From the NCBI GenBank assembly GCA_965248535.1, contig CBDFJR010000002.1, positions 2,400,001 to 2,464,000 on the forward strand: 64,000 nucleotides of DNA, in the 5' to 3' direction. The number at the start of each line of letters is the position of its first letter. Within the stretch, counting starts at the first letter, position 1. The notes beneath the pieces are model-generated. The model saw nothing but the letters and a program-made list of their open reading frames with translations. It was not told where the DNA came from and searched no databases. This DNA is from Phormidesmis sp. GTDB lineage: Bacteria > Cyanobacteriota > Cyanobacteriia > Leptolyngbyales > Leptolyngbyaceae. The position numbers and the translations under genes were made by a program. Positions 10,531 through 19,751 of this stretch are shown piece by piece.

Positions 10531-10575
10531 AGTACTCTTCCTGTTTTAGATCGAAATAAATTAATTGTTGCATTC

Positions 10576-12633
10576 CTAACTTTTGCGTTCCGCTTGTTTT
10601 GCTCGGATTGTCGATCGCACCAATTTCACTCGATATGGATCAGCGTCTTTGCGCCACACCACTCGATGCCCCTTCAACTCAGCACAATGATCCTCTAGGC
10701 AAGATCGCCACCCTCTATGATCGCTGATCCGTTTCCAATCCTCCAACAATCCCCAATCCTCTTCCTGCCGACTGAGCTTGGCAAACTTCTCATAACCGGG
10801 ATACTCCGACGTGACCAGCAAATCCTTTTGATGCAACACAGGTGGATTTTCGGCTGAATCATAGTCGCGGTAATGGACATGCAAATCTCGTAAATCAATT
10901 TGCATACTCGTGTGCAGCGCAGGATGGGGATCAGCATCAAAGTCTGGATAAACCAGGTACGTAATTTTAGGCTTCCGACAGTGAAATTTAATCACGTTCG
11001 CTTCTTCAGGGCGACCAATCGTGCGCGACGCACAGCCTTCGTAGAGGCGAAGGAGCGGATCAAGAGTGTCGATCGCGGATAGATGAACCCAAAGGGAATT
11101 CGCTAGCTTCTTCCCGATCGGGCTGTTTTGACATCGTTCTGCCACTACGTCCAAATTGCCCAAACTCATGAGCATGAGATCTGCGGCTGTGCAGGCTTGC
11201 TGAAAGCCTCCAAACAGACTCTTGAGGTCGGTCTGAATCACGCTTGCCAAATCTCGCATCTTGGGACGATGACCAAAATGACTCAGCGCCAGGTAAACTA
11301 GCAAGTCTTGGCGACGGCGATTGCTAATCTCATCCCATTCTTGCGGATTCGTGGCTTGCAAGACAATCTGAAACGCACGGCGGAGATTGCCAAACTCCGC
11401 GCTGAGGGTTTCCGTTTCGGGCAATTCCTCCAGCGTGGGCAATCGTCCCCGCTCGGTGAAGAAAGTCATCAGTGGCGCGAGCTGATCCTTGTAATCTTCA
11501 AATCGCTTGTTCTGAAGCTGCACTTTGGGGACGCTGACGCGCGATCGAAACCGAGCGGCGCGGAAATTCTGTGCTTGTGCCTCATCTCGAAAGACAAAAT
11601 AAATCCCTAGCGCAACCGGAACCGCGTCTACTCCTAGCACCTGGTCGATGTAAAGCTTGAGTTCTTCCTGGTCGTAATATTTCTGAAAGGTATTGCGGCT
11701 GGTGATAATGCCATCTCCATAGGCAATTTGGCTATTGCCCTGCGCGATCAATACCTGCGCTGCCACAATCAAAACTTGCTGGGTAAGTTCCCAAGCTTTA
11801 ATTAGAGCCTCTCGCCGCTCTGTTTGGGATTCAACTACATTAATGATGTAGCCCAAATTCACGACATCGGCTGTCACCAATTGGGTATCCGGTTGATAAT
11901 AAGGGTCCCAACCTGAACTGGGATAACCCAATTTGGCGATCCGCTCCAAATCGCCGCCCTGACCGCATCCATAGTCAAAGAATCTCGTCTCTTTCTGAAA
12001 AAGACTTGCTTCCAAGGCGAGACGGACAGGTTTAGAAAAGTCATTGCGGCTGATCGCAGCTTTGTGTCGATCGATCTTGACTTGAGAACTTTGAGAATTG
12101 AGGAGCGATCGCTGAATCAGGGTATGTCCCTGAAACGCAACGCGAAACGCTGCTAATCGTTTTTCCCACGCCAAACGAGTGCCAATCCCACGCGAATTAT
12201 CCAACAACCCTAAAGCCTCTTCTTGACGAGTCAGAGCCGCAAACTGTTGGTAACGCGGATAATCTGGAGCAACGAACGTTTCCTTGCGATGCAAGATGAA
12301 AGGGTTCTCACTGCTGCTGTAGTCCCGGTGATTCACTTCCTGCTTGGCTAAATCAACCTGAAGGCTAGCGACCAGCGCTGGATGGGGATCGCTGTCAAAT
12401 TCTGGATAGGTTAAATACGAGAGGCTAGGTTTATCAAAACTAAATTTGACTAGCGTAACGGCTTCAGCAGAATCGAGGAGTTGACGCGCTTCAGCTTCGT
12501 ATGTTTGTAAAAGCGGATCGAGAACTGGGACGGCTGAAATGTGAACGTAAAGCGCATCCGGCAAAAGTTTACCCACCCGACTTCGCTGGCAGGCACTGGT
12601 GATGGTGCTGAACTCATCAAGGCTACAAAACAT
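10576..12633 (-). CDS. DNA phosphorothioation-associated putative methyltransferase
   Basis: IDRHKAAISR..SKP, FFDYGCGQGGD SAM motif, GWDPYY, VVNLGYIINVVE, TFQKYY. Confidence 0.85.
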   Translation of the reverse strand: MFCSLDEFSTITSACQRSRVGKLLPDALYVHISAVPVLDPLLQTYEAEARQLLDSAEAVTLVKFSFDKPSLSYLTYPEFDSDPHPALVASLQVDLAKQEVNHRDYSSSENPFILHRKETFVAPDYPRYQQFAALTRQEEALGLLDNSRGIGTRLAWEKRLAAFRVAFQGHTLIQRSLLNSQSSQVKIDRHKAAISRNDFSKPVRLALEASLFQKETRFFDYGCGQGGDLERIAKLGYPSSGWDPYYQPDTQLVTADVVNLGYIINVVESQTERREALIKAWELTQQVLIVAAQVLIAQGNSQIAYGDGIITSRNTFQKYYDQEELKLYIDQVLGVDAVPVALGIYFVFRDEAQAQNFRAARFRSRVSVPKVQLQNKRFEDYKDQLAPLMTFFTERGRLPTLEELPETETLSAEFGNLRRAFQIVLQATNPQEWDEISNRRRQDLLVYLALSHFGHRPKMRDLASVIQTDLKSLFGGFQQACTAADLMLMSLGNLDVVAERCQNSPIGKKLANSLWVHLSAIDTLDPLLRLYEGCASRTIGRPEEANVIKFHCRKPKITYLVYPDFDADPHPALHTSMQIDLRDLHVHYRDYDSAENPPVLHQKDLLVTSEYPGYEKFAKLSRQEEDWGLLEDWKRISDHRGWRSCLEDHCAELKGHRVVWRKDADPYRVKLVRSTIRAKQAERKS

Positions 12634-12911
12634 TCAACACAGACTTTGGGTGACACGTCCGCCCTAACTGGAACTCATTATGCTACCGCTTGGCAAAAGT
12701 TGGTTAACTTGTACCGCTTCAGGGATCATCGTTCAGTCTATCGCTGTCGGGCTTCCTCAATCTTACCGCTATGGATGGAGTGATGAGAATTTCTTATGCG
12801 CTCCTTGAACGCTACCTGTAGTAAAATAAACCCGCTTCGATTATCTTGATCAGGATAATGTTCAATTAGCCTCGAATCATAGACAATAAATACATTAGTT
12901 CTATATTAATT

Positions 12912-13820
12912 ATGGCAGTAGAGCAGATCACCCACAGCAATAGCGCCTCAAACCCAGTTGTGTTTGCGCGTCATGAGACCTTTCATCCCCGGTTCGGTTG
13001 GCTCAAGAAAGGGTTTGATCGCGCCTCTGCCGATTCGGAAATTTTCCTACGAGAGGATGCTCCTGTTCGCTTGGGCGTAGGAAAGAATATGGTGCGATCG
13101 ATTCGCTATTGGTGTCAAGCCTTTAAGCTGCTGGAAGCTGATCAGCCCACAGAATTTGGCATTCAATTATTGGCAGAAGCAGGCTGGGACTCATTCTTAG
13201 AAGATCCTGCCTCCTTGTGGTTACTGCATTGGAAACTACTGGAACCACCCTGTTACGCCACGACATGGGAGTTTGTCTTTAACCAGTTTCGCCCCGTCGA
13301 GTTTTCCGTTGAGGAATTGTTTAATCAGCTTTGTGAGTACCGCGATCGTATCGCTCCTCGGATGGCAGAGTCATCCTTGCGAAAGGATATTAGCTGCCTC
13401 CTGCGAACCTATACCCAACAGGTGAGCGGTAAGAATTCGGTCAGTGAAGACTCGCTAGATTGCCCCTTTTCCGAATTGGGGTTGCTCTATCCAGCAGGCA
13501 ATTCTCGCACTTATGGATTTCGGATGGGGCAAAAGCCAACGTTACCCGCCGCTGTTGTCGTCTATGCCTGTTTACATTACGCCGCTCGATCGATGGAAGG
13601 ACAAAAGCGAATTCCGATTGGCAAGCTGCTTTACGACCCCGGTAGCCCTGGGCAGGTGTTTCGTCTGACAGAAAGCGCCTTGGATGCTGCAATTACAGTA
13701 TTCGCAGATGAGACTTCCTTGGGAATCAGCGATGCCGCCGGAAAACGAGAATTTTTCTTTAGCGATGAGCCGATCGATAAAGCAACGAATATCCTGAACA
13801 CGTATTACAGAGCGAGGTGA
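12912..13820 (+). CDS. DUF4007 family protein (SspB-like)
   Basis: FARHETFHPRFGWLKKG, LGVGKNMVRSIRYW, LEDPASLWLLHW, DCPFSELGL. Confidence 0.85.
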   Translation: MAVEQITHSNSASNPVVFARHETFHPRFGWLKKGFDRASADSEIFLREDAPVRLGVGKNMVRSIRYWCQAFKLLEADQPTEFGIQLLAEAGWDSFLEDPASLWLLHWKLLEPPCYATTWEFVFNQFRPVEFSVEELFNQLCEYRDRIAPRMAESSLRKDISCLLRTYTQQVSGKNSVSEDSLDCPFSELGLLYPAGNSRTYGFRMGQKPTLPAAVVVYACLHYAARSMEGQKRIPIGKLLYDPGSPGQVFRLTESALDAAITVFADETSLGISDAAGKREFFFSDEPIDKATNILNTYYRAR

Positions 13821-13824
13821 GGCG

Positions 13825-16482
13825 ATGAAAAATCAATCTTTAGCAAGCTATTTCAGCCTGCATCGCCGCTACCATCGCTCTATTAATCTAGAGCGAGATT
13901 TTGACAAGGTTGATGCGGTTGAGGGATATGTTCTGACAGAGCGATCGAGTGAAGCGCTCCAACGAATCGTGACGGCAATCGGTAATCCTAAAGCGCATCG
14001 TACCTGGACTCTCACTGGGACATATGGCTCAGGTAAATCAGCATTTGCGCTTTATCTAACTGCGCTCTGCGCTCCAGAAGACAGCTCATTCGATGAGGCG
14101 GCTTGGACGATCGCAGAACGGACACTGCCAAAAAATAGCCCTATTTTTCAGGCAATTAGAGAGTACTTGCCGACAGAAGGGTTGCTGCGGGCAGTCGTTG
14201 CGGGAGCCAGAGAGCCGCTTGGATGGACGATTATTCGAGCGCTTGCCAATGGAATAAGGCAAATCGGGTCGCGCAAGCGAAGATCAGCAGTGATACAGGC
14301 AATCCTGAATTGGGATAGTGAGGTGGCAGTGGGTCGCTGCCAGATTACAAATCAGCAAGTGTTGACGACACTCCAGCAGCTAGCCCAGATTGCAGGTATG
14401 GATATTTTGCTGGTGATTGATGAGTTGGGCAAGAACTTAGAATATGCTTCTCATCATCGCAGCACTGAGGATTTGTACTTACTTCAGCAGATCGAAGAGT
14501 TGCGCCATCAGGATCATCAGGTCTATTTCCTGGGCTTGTTGCATCAGTCGTTTGTAGGCTACAGCGAACAGTTAACCGCGATCGAGCAAAATGAATGGAC
14601 AAAAATTCAGGGGCGGTTTGAAAATCTGCAACTAACTGAGTCTCCGAGTCAGATGACGCGGCTGATTGGCTTAGCGATCGAGCAATCTGATTCGATTTCA
14701 TTAGTCTGTAATCAGCAGGCGAACCTTTGGTATCAAGCACTTCAAGCAACGTTAGTTGATCAAGAAGTATCTGCGAAAGTTTTAGCCTCAACGTATCCAC
14801 TGCATCCCATTACGGCGTTAGTCCTACCGCTGTTATGCACTCGCTATGCCCAAAATGATCGCTCGCTCTTCACCTTTTTAACGAGTGATGAACCTCACGC
14901 CTTGACTCGATTCCTTCAAACTCACGAGCTAGAAGAAGATGAGTTTTCGACGCTTAAACTGCATCAGCTATATGATTATTTCGTGGAATCTGTTGCAGGG
15001 TTGGCTTCTCAAGTAAATCTTCAGCGCTGGGTTGAAATTCAGACTCTAATTCAGGATGCGCGATCGCAAGATGAAGACATTCTCAAGGTACTGAAAACCA
15101 TCGGAATTCTTAACCTAATTGCTTCAACAGGAACACTCAAGGCAACACCTGACTTGGTTTCATTGGCACTGTGCGATCGTCCAAATGATAAAACAGCGTT
15201 AAAGCATTGGCGTAAACAAATTGACTTGCTGAAAAAACGCGGCACGATTATCTACCGCTCTCAGGCAGACGAACTGCGGATTTGGGAAGGATCAGATTTC
15301 GACGTAGAGGCAGAGATCGTTGAACACATTGAAAAGTCGCAGCGAGTCTCCCTTGCTGAGCTTTTGACGGCGACTCATCCGCTCAAGCCAATGGTGGCAC
15401 AGCGCCACTACACAACAACCGGGAACCTTCGCTACTTTGAACAACGCTATGTGGATAGCCTGACTTCATTGGGGGATCTGCGAACGTCGCTACCTGGTAC
15501 AGATGGGCTAATTCTTTATTGGCTTGATATTGATGCTCCACGAGAGATCCCTAATCAGACTGCTGATGGTAAACCTCTGATCTTAATCACAACGAACCAG
15601 CTTGATCTACTTCGGATTCGATCGCAGCATTTGCAAGCGCTTAAAACAATTAAAGATGCACCAGAGTTAACGTCCGATGGTGTAGCAAAGCGAGAAGTGA
15701 GGCATCGCCTAGTGTTGGCTGGTAGCTTGCTCAATGAGACCATGCAGCAAGCATTTAGTTGGGCAGAAAAACAGAATCGGTGTTGGGTCGATGGAGAACG
15801 ACACAAGATTTGCAGTACTCGTGAGTTTCAAGCTGCTCTTTCTGAATTGTGCGATCGCACCTATCCGCTAGCTCTACGTCTCGACAATGAATTGATCAAT
15901 CGTCGGGATTTAACGTCTCAAGGTGCAAAAGCGCGGCGAGAACTGATCGAAGAAATGCTGAAATCTGCTCATCTTGAAAGATTAGGGCTAGAAGGGTACG
16001 GTCCTGAAGTGGCGATGTACTACTCAGTTTTAGAGGCAACCGGAATTCATCGACAGGAAGCGGGTGAGTGGGATTTCTATCCGCCTCGTCTAGAGTCTGG
16101 AGTAGAAACAGTTTGGGAAAGAATAGAATCTTTTTGCATCGCATCAGTTGATCAACAGCGATCGCTAGATTTGCTCTATCGAGAATTAGAATATCCGCCC
16201 TATGGCGTGAAGGCAGGCGCAGTGCCGCTGCTGCTGGCGGCGTTCTTACTTCACCGAGCCGAGGATATTGGGGTTTACAAGGATGGAACGTTTATTCCTG
16301 TTCTTGGTCCTGAACATTTTGAATTGTTGGTGAAAGCGCCTGAGCGGTTCTCAGTTAAACATTTTGAGATTGCTGGACTGCGATCGCAGGTCTTCCAAAA
16401 GCTAGAGGTGGTGCTGAAGTCTCCCAATAGCAAAACTCCATCGGGAGTGCGGAATGCGTCTTTGTTAGCGATTGCGAGTTAG
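13825..16482 (+). CDS. P-loop ATPase (SspC-like), probably C-terminally truncated
   Basis: RSINLERD, GTYGSGKS Walker A, LLVIDELGK Walker B, YPLHP, QNDRSLFTFL; stop overlaps stop of convergent HNH gene. Confidence 0.75.
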   Translation: MKNQSLASYFSLHRRYHRSINLERDFDKVDAVEGYVLTERSSEALQRIVTAIGNPKAHRTWTLTGTYGSGKSAFALYLTALCAPEDSSFDEAAWTIAERTLPKNSPIFQAIREYLPTEGLLRAVVAGAREPLGWTIIRALANGIRQIGSRKRRSAVIQAILNWDSEVAVGRCQITNQQVLTTLQQLAQIAGMDILLVIDELGKNLEYASHHRSTEDLYLLQQIEELRHQDHQVYFLGLLHQSFVGYSEQLTAIEQNEWTKIQGRFENLQLTESPSQMTRLIGLAIEQSDSISLVCNQQANLWYQALQATLVDQEVSAKVLASTYPLHPITALVLPLLCTRYAQNDRSLFTFLTSDEPHALTRFLQTHELEEDEFSTLKLHQLYDYFVESVAGLASQVNLQRWVEIQTLIQDARSQDEDILKVLKTIGILNLIASTGTLKATPDLVSLALCDRPNDKTALKHWRKQIDLLKKRGTIIYRSQADELRIWEGSDFDVEAEIVEHIEKSQRVSLAELLTATHPLKPMVAQRHYTTTGNLRYFEQRYVDSLTSLGDLRTSLPGTDGLILYWLDIDAPREIPNQTADGKPLILITTNQLDLLRIRSQHLQALKTIKDAPELTSDGVAKREVRHRLVLAGSLLNETMQQAFSWAEKQNRCWVDGERHKICSTREFQAALSELCDRTYPLALRLDNELINRRDLTSQGAKARRELIEEMLKSAHLERLGLEGYGPEVAMYYSVLEATGIHRQEAGEWDFYPPRLESGVETVWERIESFCIASVDQQRSLDLLYRELEYPPYGVKAGAVPLLLAAFLLHRAEDIGVYKDGTFIPVLGPEHFELLVKAPERFSVKHFEIAGLRSQVFQKLEVVLKSPNSKTPSGVRNASLLAIAS

Positions 16483-17924
16483 CTTCGAGAGTAAGCCCAG
16501 CCAGCTTCAAAGCCTAAGCTCGTAGCGAGAGACATCAAGGGTTGTATGGTAGAACTGTAAGCCTTGCTGAGTTTCTCAAAGTCAGTTAAATCATCTTTCG
16601 TATTCAGTCTCAAATCAGAAATATAGGAATCAATAAACTTGTTCCAGGTTCTATCTTTGCTCATCTTTTCTTTCCAGACGATTAAGCCAAGATGATGCAC
16701 TCTCACAAAGGAATCAAAATAGACTGACGAAGGAATTATTTTAGATTTTGAAGAATTAACATCGCCAAATGTTGGAATTAGATTCCAGATTTGATCATGT
16801 GCCACGAATGACCAGGGAAGATAATGATCAAGAGAAAGTTTAGAATCTGCTCTCAAAGGGCGATTTGAGTAAATGCAGCTAATTTCGTCTGTATGCTCTA
16901 GAACTGCTTGCCAGTACTTTGTTTGGGAAGTTAAAGCGCCTCTTCTAATTTGAGGAAAAAGTTTATTTGAGATTGCAGGTGTACTTGGATTTCGGCTTTG
17001 CATATATTGCAGCCATTCCCAAGCAACCCATCCTCTTACAATGGAATAATTCATTCTAATGTAAGAAGTCCATTCGGGAGATAGGTAAATGGATTTGCAT
17101 GAATTTGGGGAATCACCATCAAGTTTGTAAAGCGGTTTAGCTGTATCGAAATGCTGTTCAGCTAGAAGCATGATTATTTCATTTTCGATATGATCGTTTC
17201 TTACAGCGTCTCGGTTCTGGCTCTTGTAAGCTTTCAACTGCTGAGATAGAAAAGGTGTAATCAGTCGAAACGGTACATATCTCATTAACGAATCTTTCCC
17301 TATCAAAAGGCTGTCTAGGTTTCGTTTTGAGAGTTCTTCTCTAAGCAGTTCTTTCTCTGATTCGTCGAAAGCTGGCTTATCAAGATTTAGAGCAAGAGAG
17401 TCTAGCTTGATAGCAATTTTGTCTTGTGTGCCAAATGATAATTTGAAATAAGTATGCGGATACCAAGCATTGACTAATATTTCAATCAGCAACTCTCTAA
17501 AGCTGATTGGCGACTCAGCATCAAAGTTTCGTCTTCTCAGAATGTCGAGCAAGGAGAGAAAGAAAACGTACTTATAAGAAGTGGTTGTTTTATCGAAAAG
17601 TCTGGAGAAAGCAGCAACGTTTAAGCCTTCGTTTTCAGGAAGCCACCCGAAGCCCTCACCGACAGGATTTGTCCATGTTTCTGATGAACTGGCTCCTATA
17701 GACAAATCGGCGGCATATAGGCTGATAAACTCGTCGGCTGCATCAGGATTAATCGACCTGAGTGCTGCAATGATGCCTTGAACAGTTTCCGAGTTAGGAT
17801 CTCTGACTTCAGCGACCCATCGATGAACGTTAGACCGAGCAATACTAAGCTTTTCAGCCAATTTACCCTGGCTGATGCTGTGACTTGTCAAAACTTGCCC
17901 TAGAACCTTGCCTGCTTTTCCCAT
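16479..17924 (-). CDS. XRE-HTH fused to HNH endonuclease-family protein
   Basis: N-terminal ISQGKLAEKLSIARSNVHRWV HTH; TTSYKYVFFLSLL; CIYS..SLDHYLPWSFVAHDQIWNLIP....NSSKS HNH motif. Confidence 0.85.
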   Translation of the reverse strand: MGKAGKVLGQVLTSHSISQGKLAEKLSIARSNVHRWVAEVRDPNSETVQGIIAALRSINPDAADEFISLYAADLSIGASSSETWTNPVGEGFGWLPENEGLNVAAFSRLFDKTTTSYKYVFFLSLLDILRRRNFDAESPISFRELLIEILVNAWYPHTYFKLSFGTQDKIAIKLDSLALNLDKPAFDESEKELLREELSKRNLDSLLIGKDSLMRYVPFRLITPFLSQQLKAYKSQNRDAVRNDHIENEIIMLLAEQHFDTAKPLYKLDGDSPNSCKSIYLSPEWTSYIRMNYSIVRGWVAWEWLQYMQSRNPSTPAISNKLFPQIRRGALTSQTKYWQAVLEHTDEISCIYSNRPLRADSKLSLDHYLPWSFVAHDQIWNLIPTFGDVNSSKSKIIPSSVYFDSFVRVHHLGLIVWKEKMSKDRTWNKFIDSYISDLRLNTKDDLTDFEKLSKAYSSTIQPLMSLATSLGFEAGWAYSRS

Positions 17925-17960
17925 GCTTCTGATCGTGTCAGAGAAGTTTGTTTCCGTAAA

Positions 17961-18013
17961 TAGAAGCCAATTGGCTTCCAACTCGTGTTATTGTGGAAAC
18001 TAATTGGTTTCCA
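17961..18013. promoter_or_regulatory. Tandem palindromic operators
   Basis: GAAGCCAATTGGCTTC (17963-17978, perfect) and TGGAAACTAATTGGTTTCCA (17994-18013, one mismatch). Confidence 0.65.
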
Positions 18014-18040
18014 TTTATTTAACCTTCAGGATGAACTTCG

Positions 18041-18232
18041 ATGCGATACGAAGACCTTCTGCACCCTTGGATAATCGTTCGTCACCTTCCAAATCTGCAA
18101 AATCTCACAGTGAAGCGGTTTCGCCGTCGGAATGATGCTGATGAGTGCCTGAAAGCCCTCCGCCGTCTTTCCCCTAACGGGGAATTCATCATCATGTTTG
18201 ATGGTGCGGTTCAAACACAGGAGAAGCTCTAA
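18041..18232 (+). CDS. Small conserved cyanobacterial hypothetical protein
   Basis: Y..LLHPWIIVR.LP.LQ...V.RFRRR.DAD pattern; divergent from the XRE-HTH gene. Confidence 0.7.
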   Translation: MRYEDLLHPWIIVRHLPNLQNLTVKRFRRRNDADECLKALRRLSPNGEFIIMFDGAVQTQEKL

Positions 18233-18489
18233 TGACCAGAGTTAGACATTTTCAGGAGTTAGATTATGCTTTGACTCTGAGAATCCTTCATGATACGAGG
18301 GGCTGTGATAGAAGCACGATTCAAGTTAAAGACTTAACTGGTAAAGTGTTTGAGACGTGGCATCGTAGGTATAGGCTGTGGCGCAATCCAATTCATGGAA
18401 CAGCTAAAAACCTTGCTGCAATCAAGACTATCTATAACGCGATCGACATTGACGATTACGTTAGAAAAAACGGTTACTACGATTATTAG
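18232..18489 (+). CDS. Hypothetical protein
   Basis: 85-aa ORF coupled to upstream gene by TAATG overlap. Confidence 0.55.
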   Translation: MTRVRHFQELDYALTLRILHDTRGCDRSTIQVKDLTGKVFETWHRRYRLWRNPIHGTAKNLAAIKTIYNAIDIDDYVRKNGYYDY

Positions 18490-18504
18490 CCTTTCTTCTC
18501 AGTC

Positions 18505-18740
18505 GATCGCTGCACTCCTTGCTATTGATAGAGCGCTTCTTTCTACTGAAGAATTGCTCCTTTGCCATAGTGGACAGTTTCTTCGTGCTGATGGACAGTC
18601 TCTTCGTGCTGATGGACAGTTTCTTTGCAACGATGGACAGTTTCTTCGTACTGATAGATAGTTTCTTCATGACTGATAGATTGTTTCATGTCGCCGATCG
18701 AATAGCTCTTGCTGCTGATGCACTATTTCATTAGCCAGAA
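18505..18740. repeat. Degenerate 21-bp tandem repeat (core GATGGACAGTTTCTTCGTGCT), about 11 units
   Basis: Four near-identical units at 18569-18652 with degenerate flanking units. Confidence 0.8.
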
Positions 18741-18844
18741 GAACGGCTCCTTTGGTAAAAAGAAACGTTCCTACCGTGAGATAGAAACGTTGTCTAATTA
18801 ACCCGATTGAAGCAAGTTGAACAAAGGTTGTCCGATTCAGGTAA

Positions 18845-19339
18845 TCAGGAAACCCCAGCAGGAATCGGTTGTGAGCTAGACTCAACCGTGTCTTTCTTGT
18901 TGCGACGAGCAAACTGCTGCTTGAGTTGTTCCACAACAATCTTCATTCCTGGCATATCATCGTGAGCTTTGGCAGCATCGTATACTTTCAAAGAAGCGGT
19001 ATACGCCTCACATTGAGCGGTGAAATAGGTGTCATCAACTAGGCTGTGCAGTTCAGTTAGAGCCATCAGCACCGGATAGAGATCTTCCATCAACTTCACG
19101 TCTTTCTGCATCTCTTCTACGTCAAACGATCGCGGTAAGCAATCGGTATGTTGTTGCGCGGCATCCAAACAATTGAGCATGAAACCACGACTGCGATCGC
19201 CAACTTTAGGCGCGGCTTTGCGATCGTCTACGGTCAAATGCACCAAAAAGGGCATGGCTTGCTTAATCGTGTCGATCGCTGCCATGACAGCTTTGCGATC
19301 TTCTGCGCTTAACGTGGCACTAATTCGGTTTGATGTCAT
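18845..19339 (-). CDS. Conserved hypothetical all-helical protein
   Basis: NRISATLS..PFLVHLT.DDRK..K.GD.S..F..LPRSFDVEEM.KD..DDT....EAY...L.VY. Confidence 0.75.
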   Translation of the reverse strand: MTSNRISATLSAEDRKAVMAAIDTIKQAMPFLVHLTVDDRKAAPKVGDRSRGFMLNCLDAAQQHTDCLPRSFDVEEMQKDVKLMEDLYPVLMALTELHSLVDDTYFTAQCEAYTASLKVYDAAKAHDDMPGMKIVVEQLKQQFARRNKKDTVESSSQPIPAGVS

Positions 19340-19405
19340 ATAAATTACACAAAAAACAGCTTGTACTTAGACGGTACTGCTCCTGTTATATCGTTGGGAA
19401 AGTTA

Positions 19406-19751
19406 AAACCCCTGTGATCAAGCTCACTGCACTTGTGAAATCGGTTTATCTTTTAGCCGCCGCACTCGCTATGCACCTAATGACGCGCTTCTCAGAACGC
19501 TTGTGCTTGCATCTGTGTCAACTCGGATGGAGTTTCAAGAATTTTTAGCAAAATTGCATCAGAAATACGGCTTTATCATTGGCGATCGCCAAGCCGAAGC
19601 TCTGATCAACTCCGGTGATGCCGATCGTGAAGACTTCGTGGCAAATGCCGAACGGCTCGAACGTCGCCTTGCCAGTATCGGGCTGCTCAAACGCCTCTCC
19701 GATGCCTGTGCCTACGTCCAAAACCCCTTTGCCTCAGAGGTGAAATCATGA
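19406..19751 (+). pseudogene. C-terminal remnant of an SspG/DndG-like restriction-module subunit
   Basis: EIGL...RYAPNDALLRTLVLA...RMEFQEFL..L..KYGFIIG...LERRLASIGLLKRLSDACAYV.NP; ATGA-coupled to FtsK gene; no N-terminus. Confidence 0.6.

Noticed and set aside
18505..18740. Repeat array as a CRISPR
   Set aside because: Units are contiguous with no unique spacers; no cas genes seen
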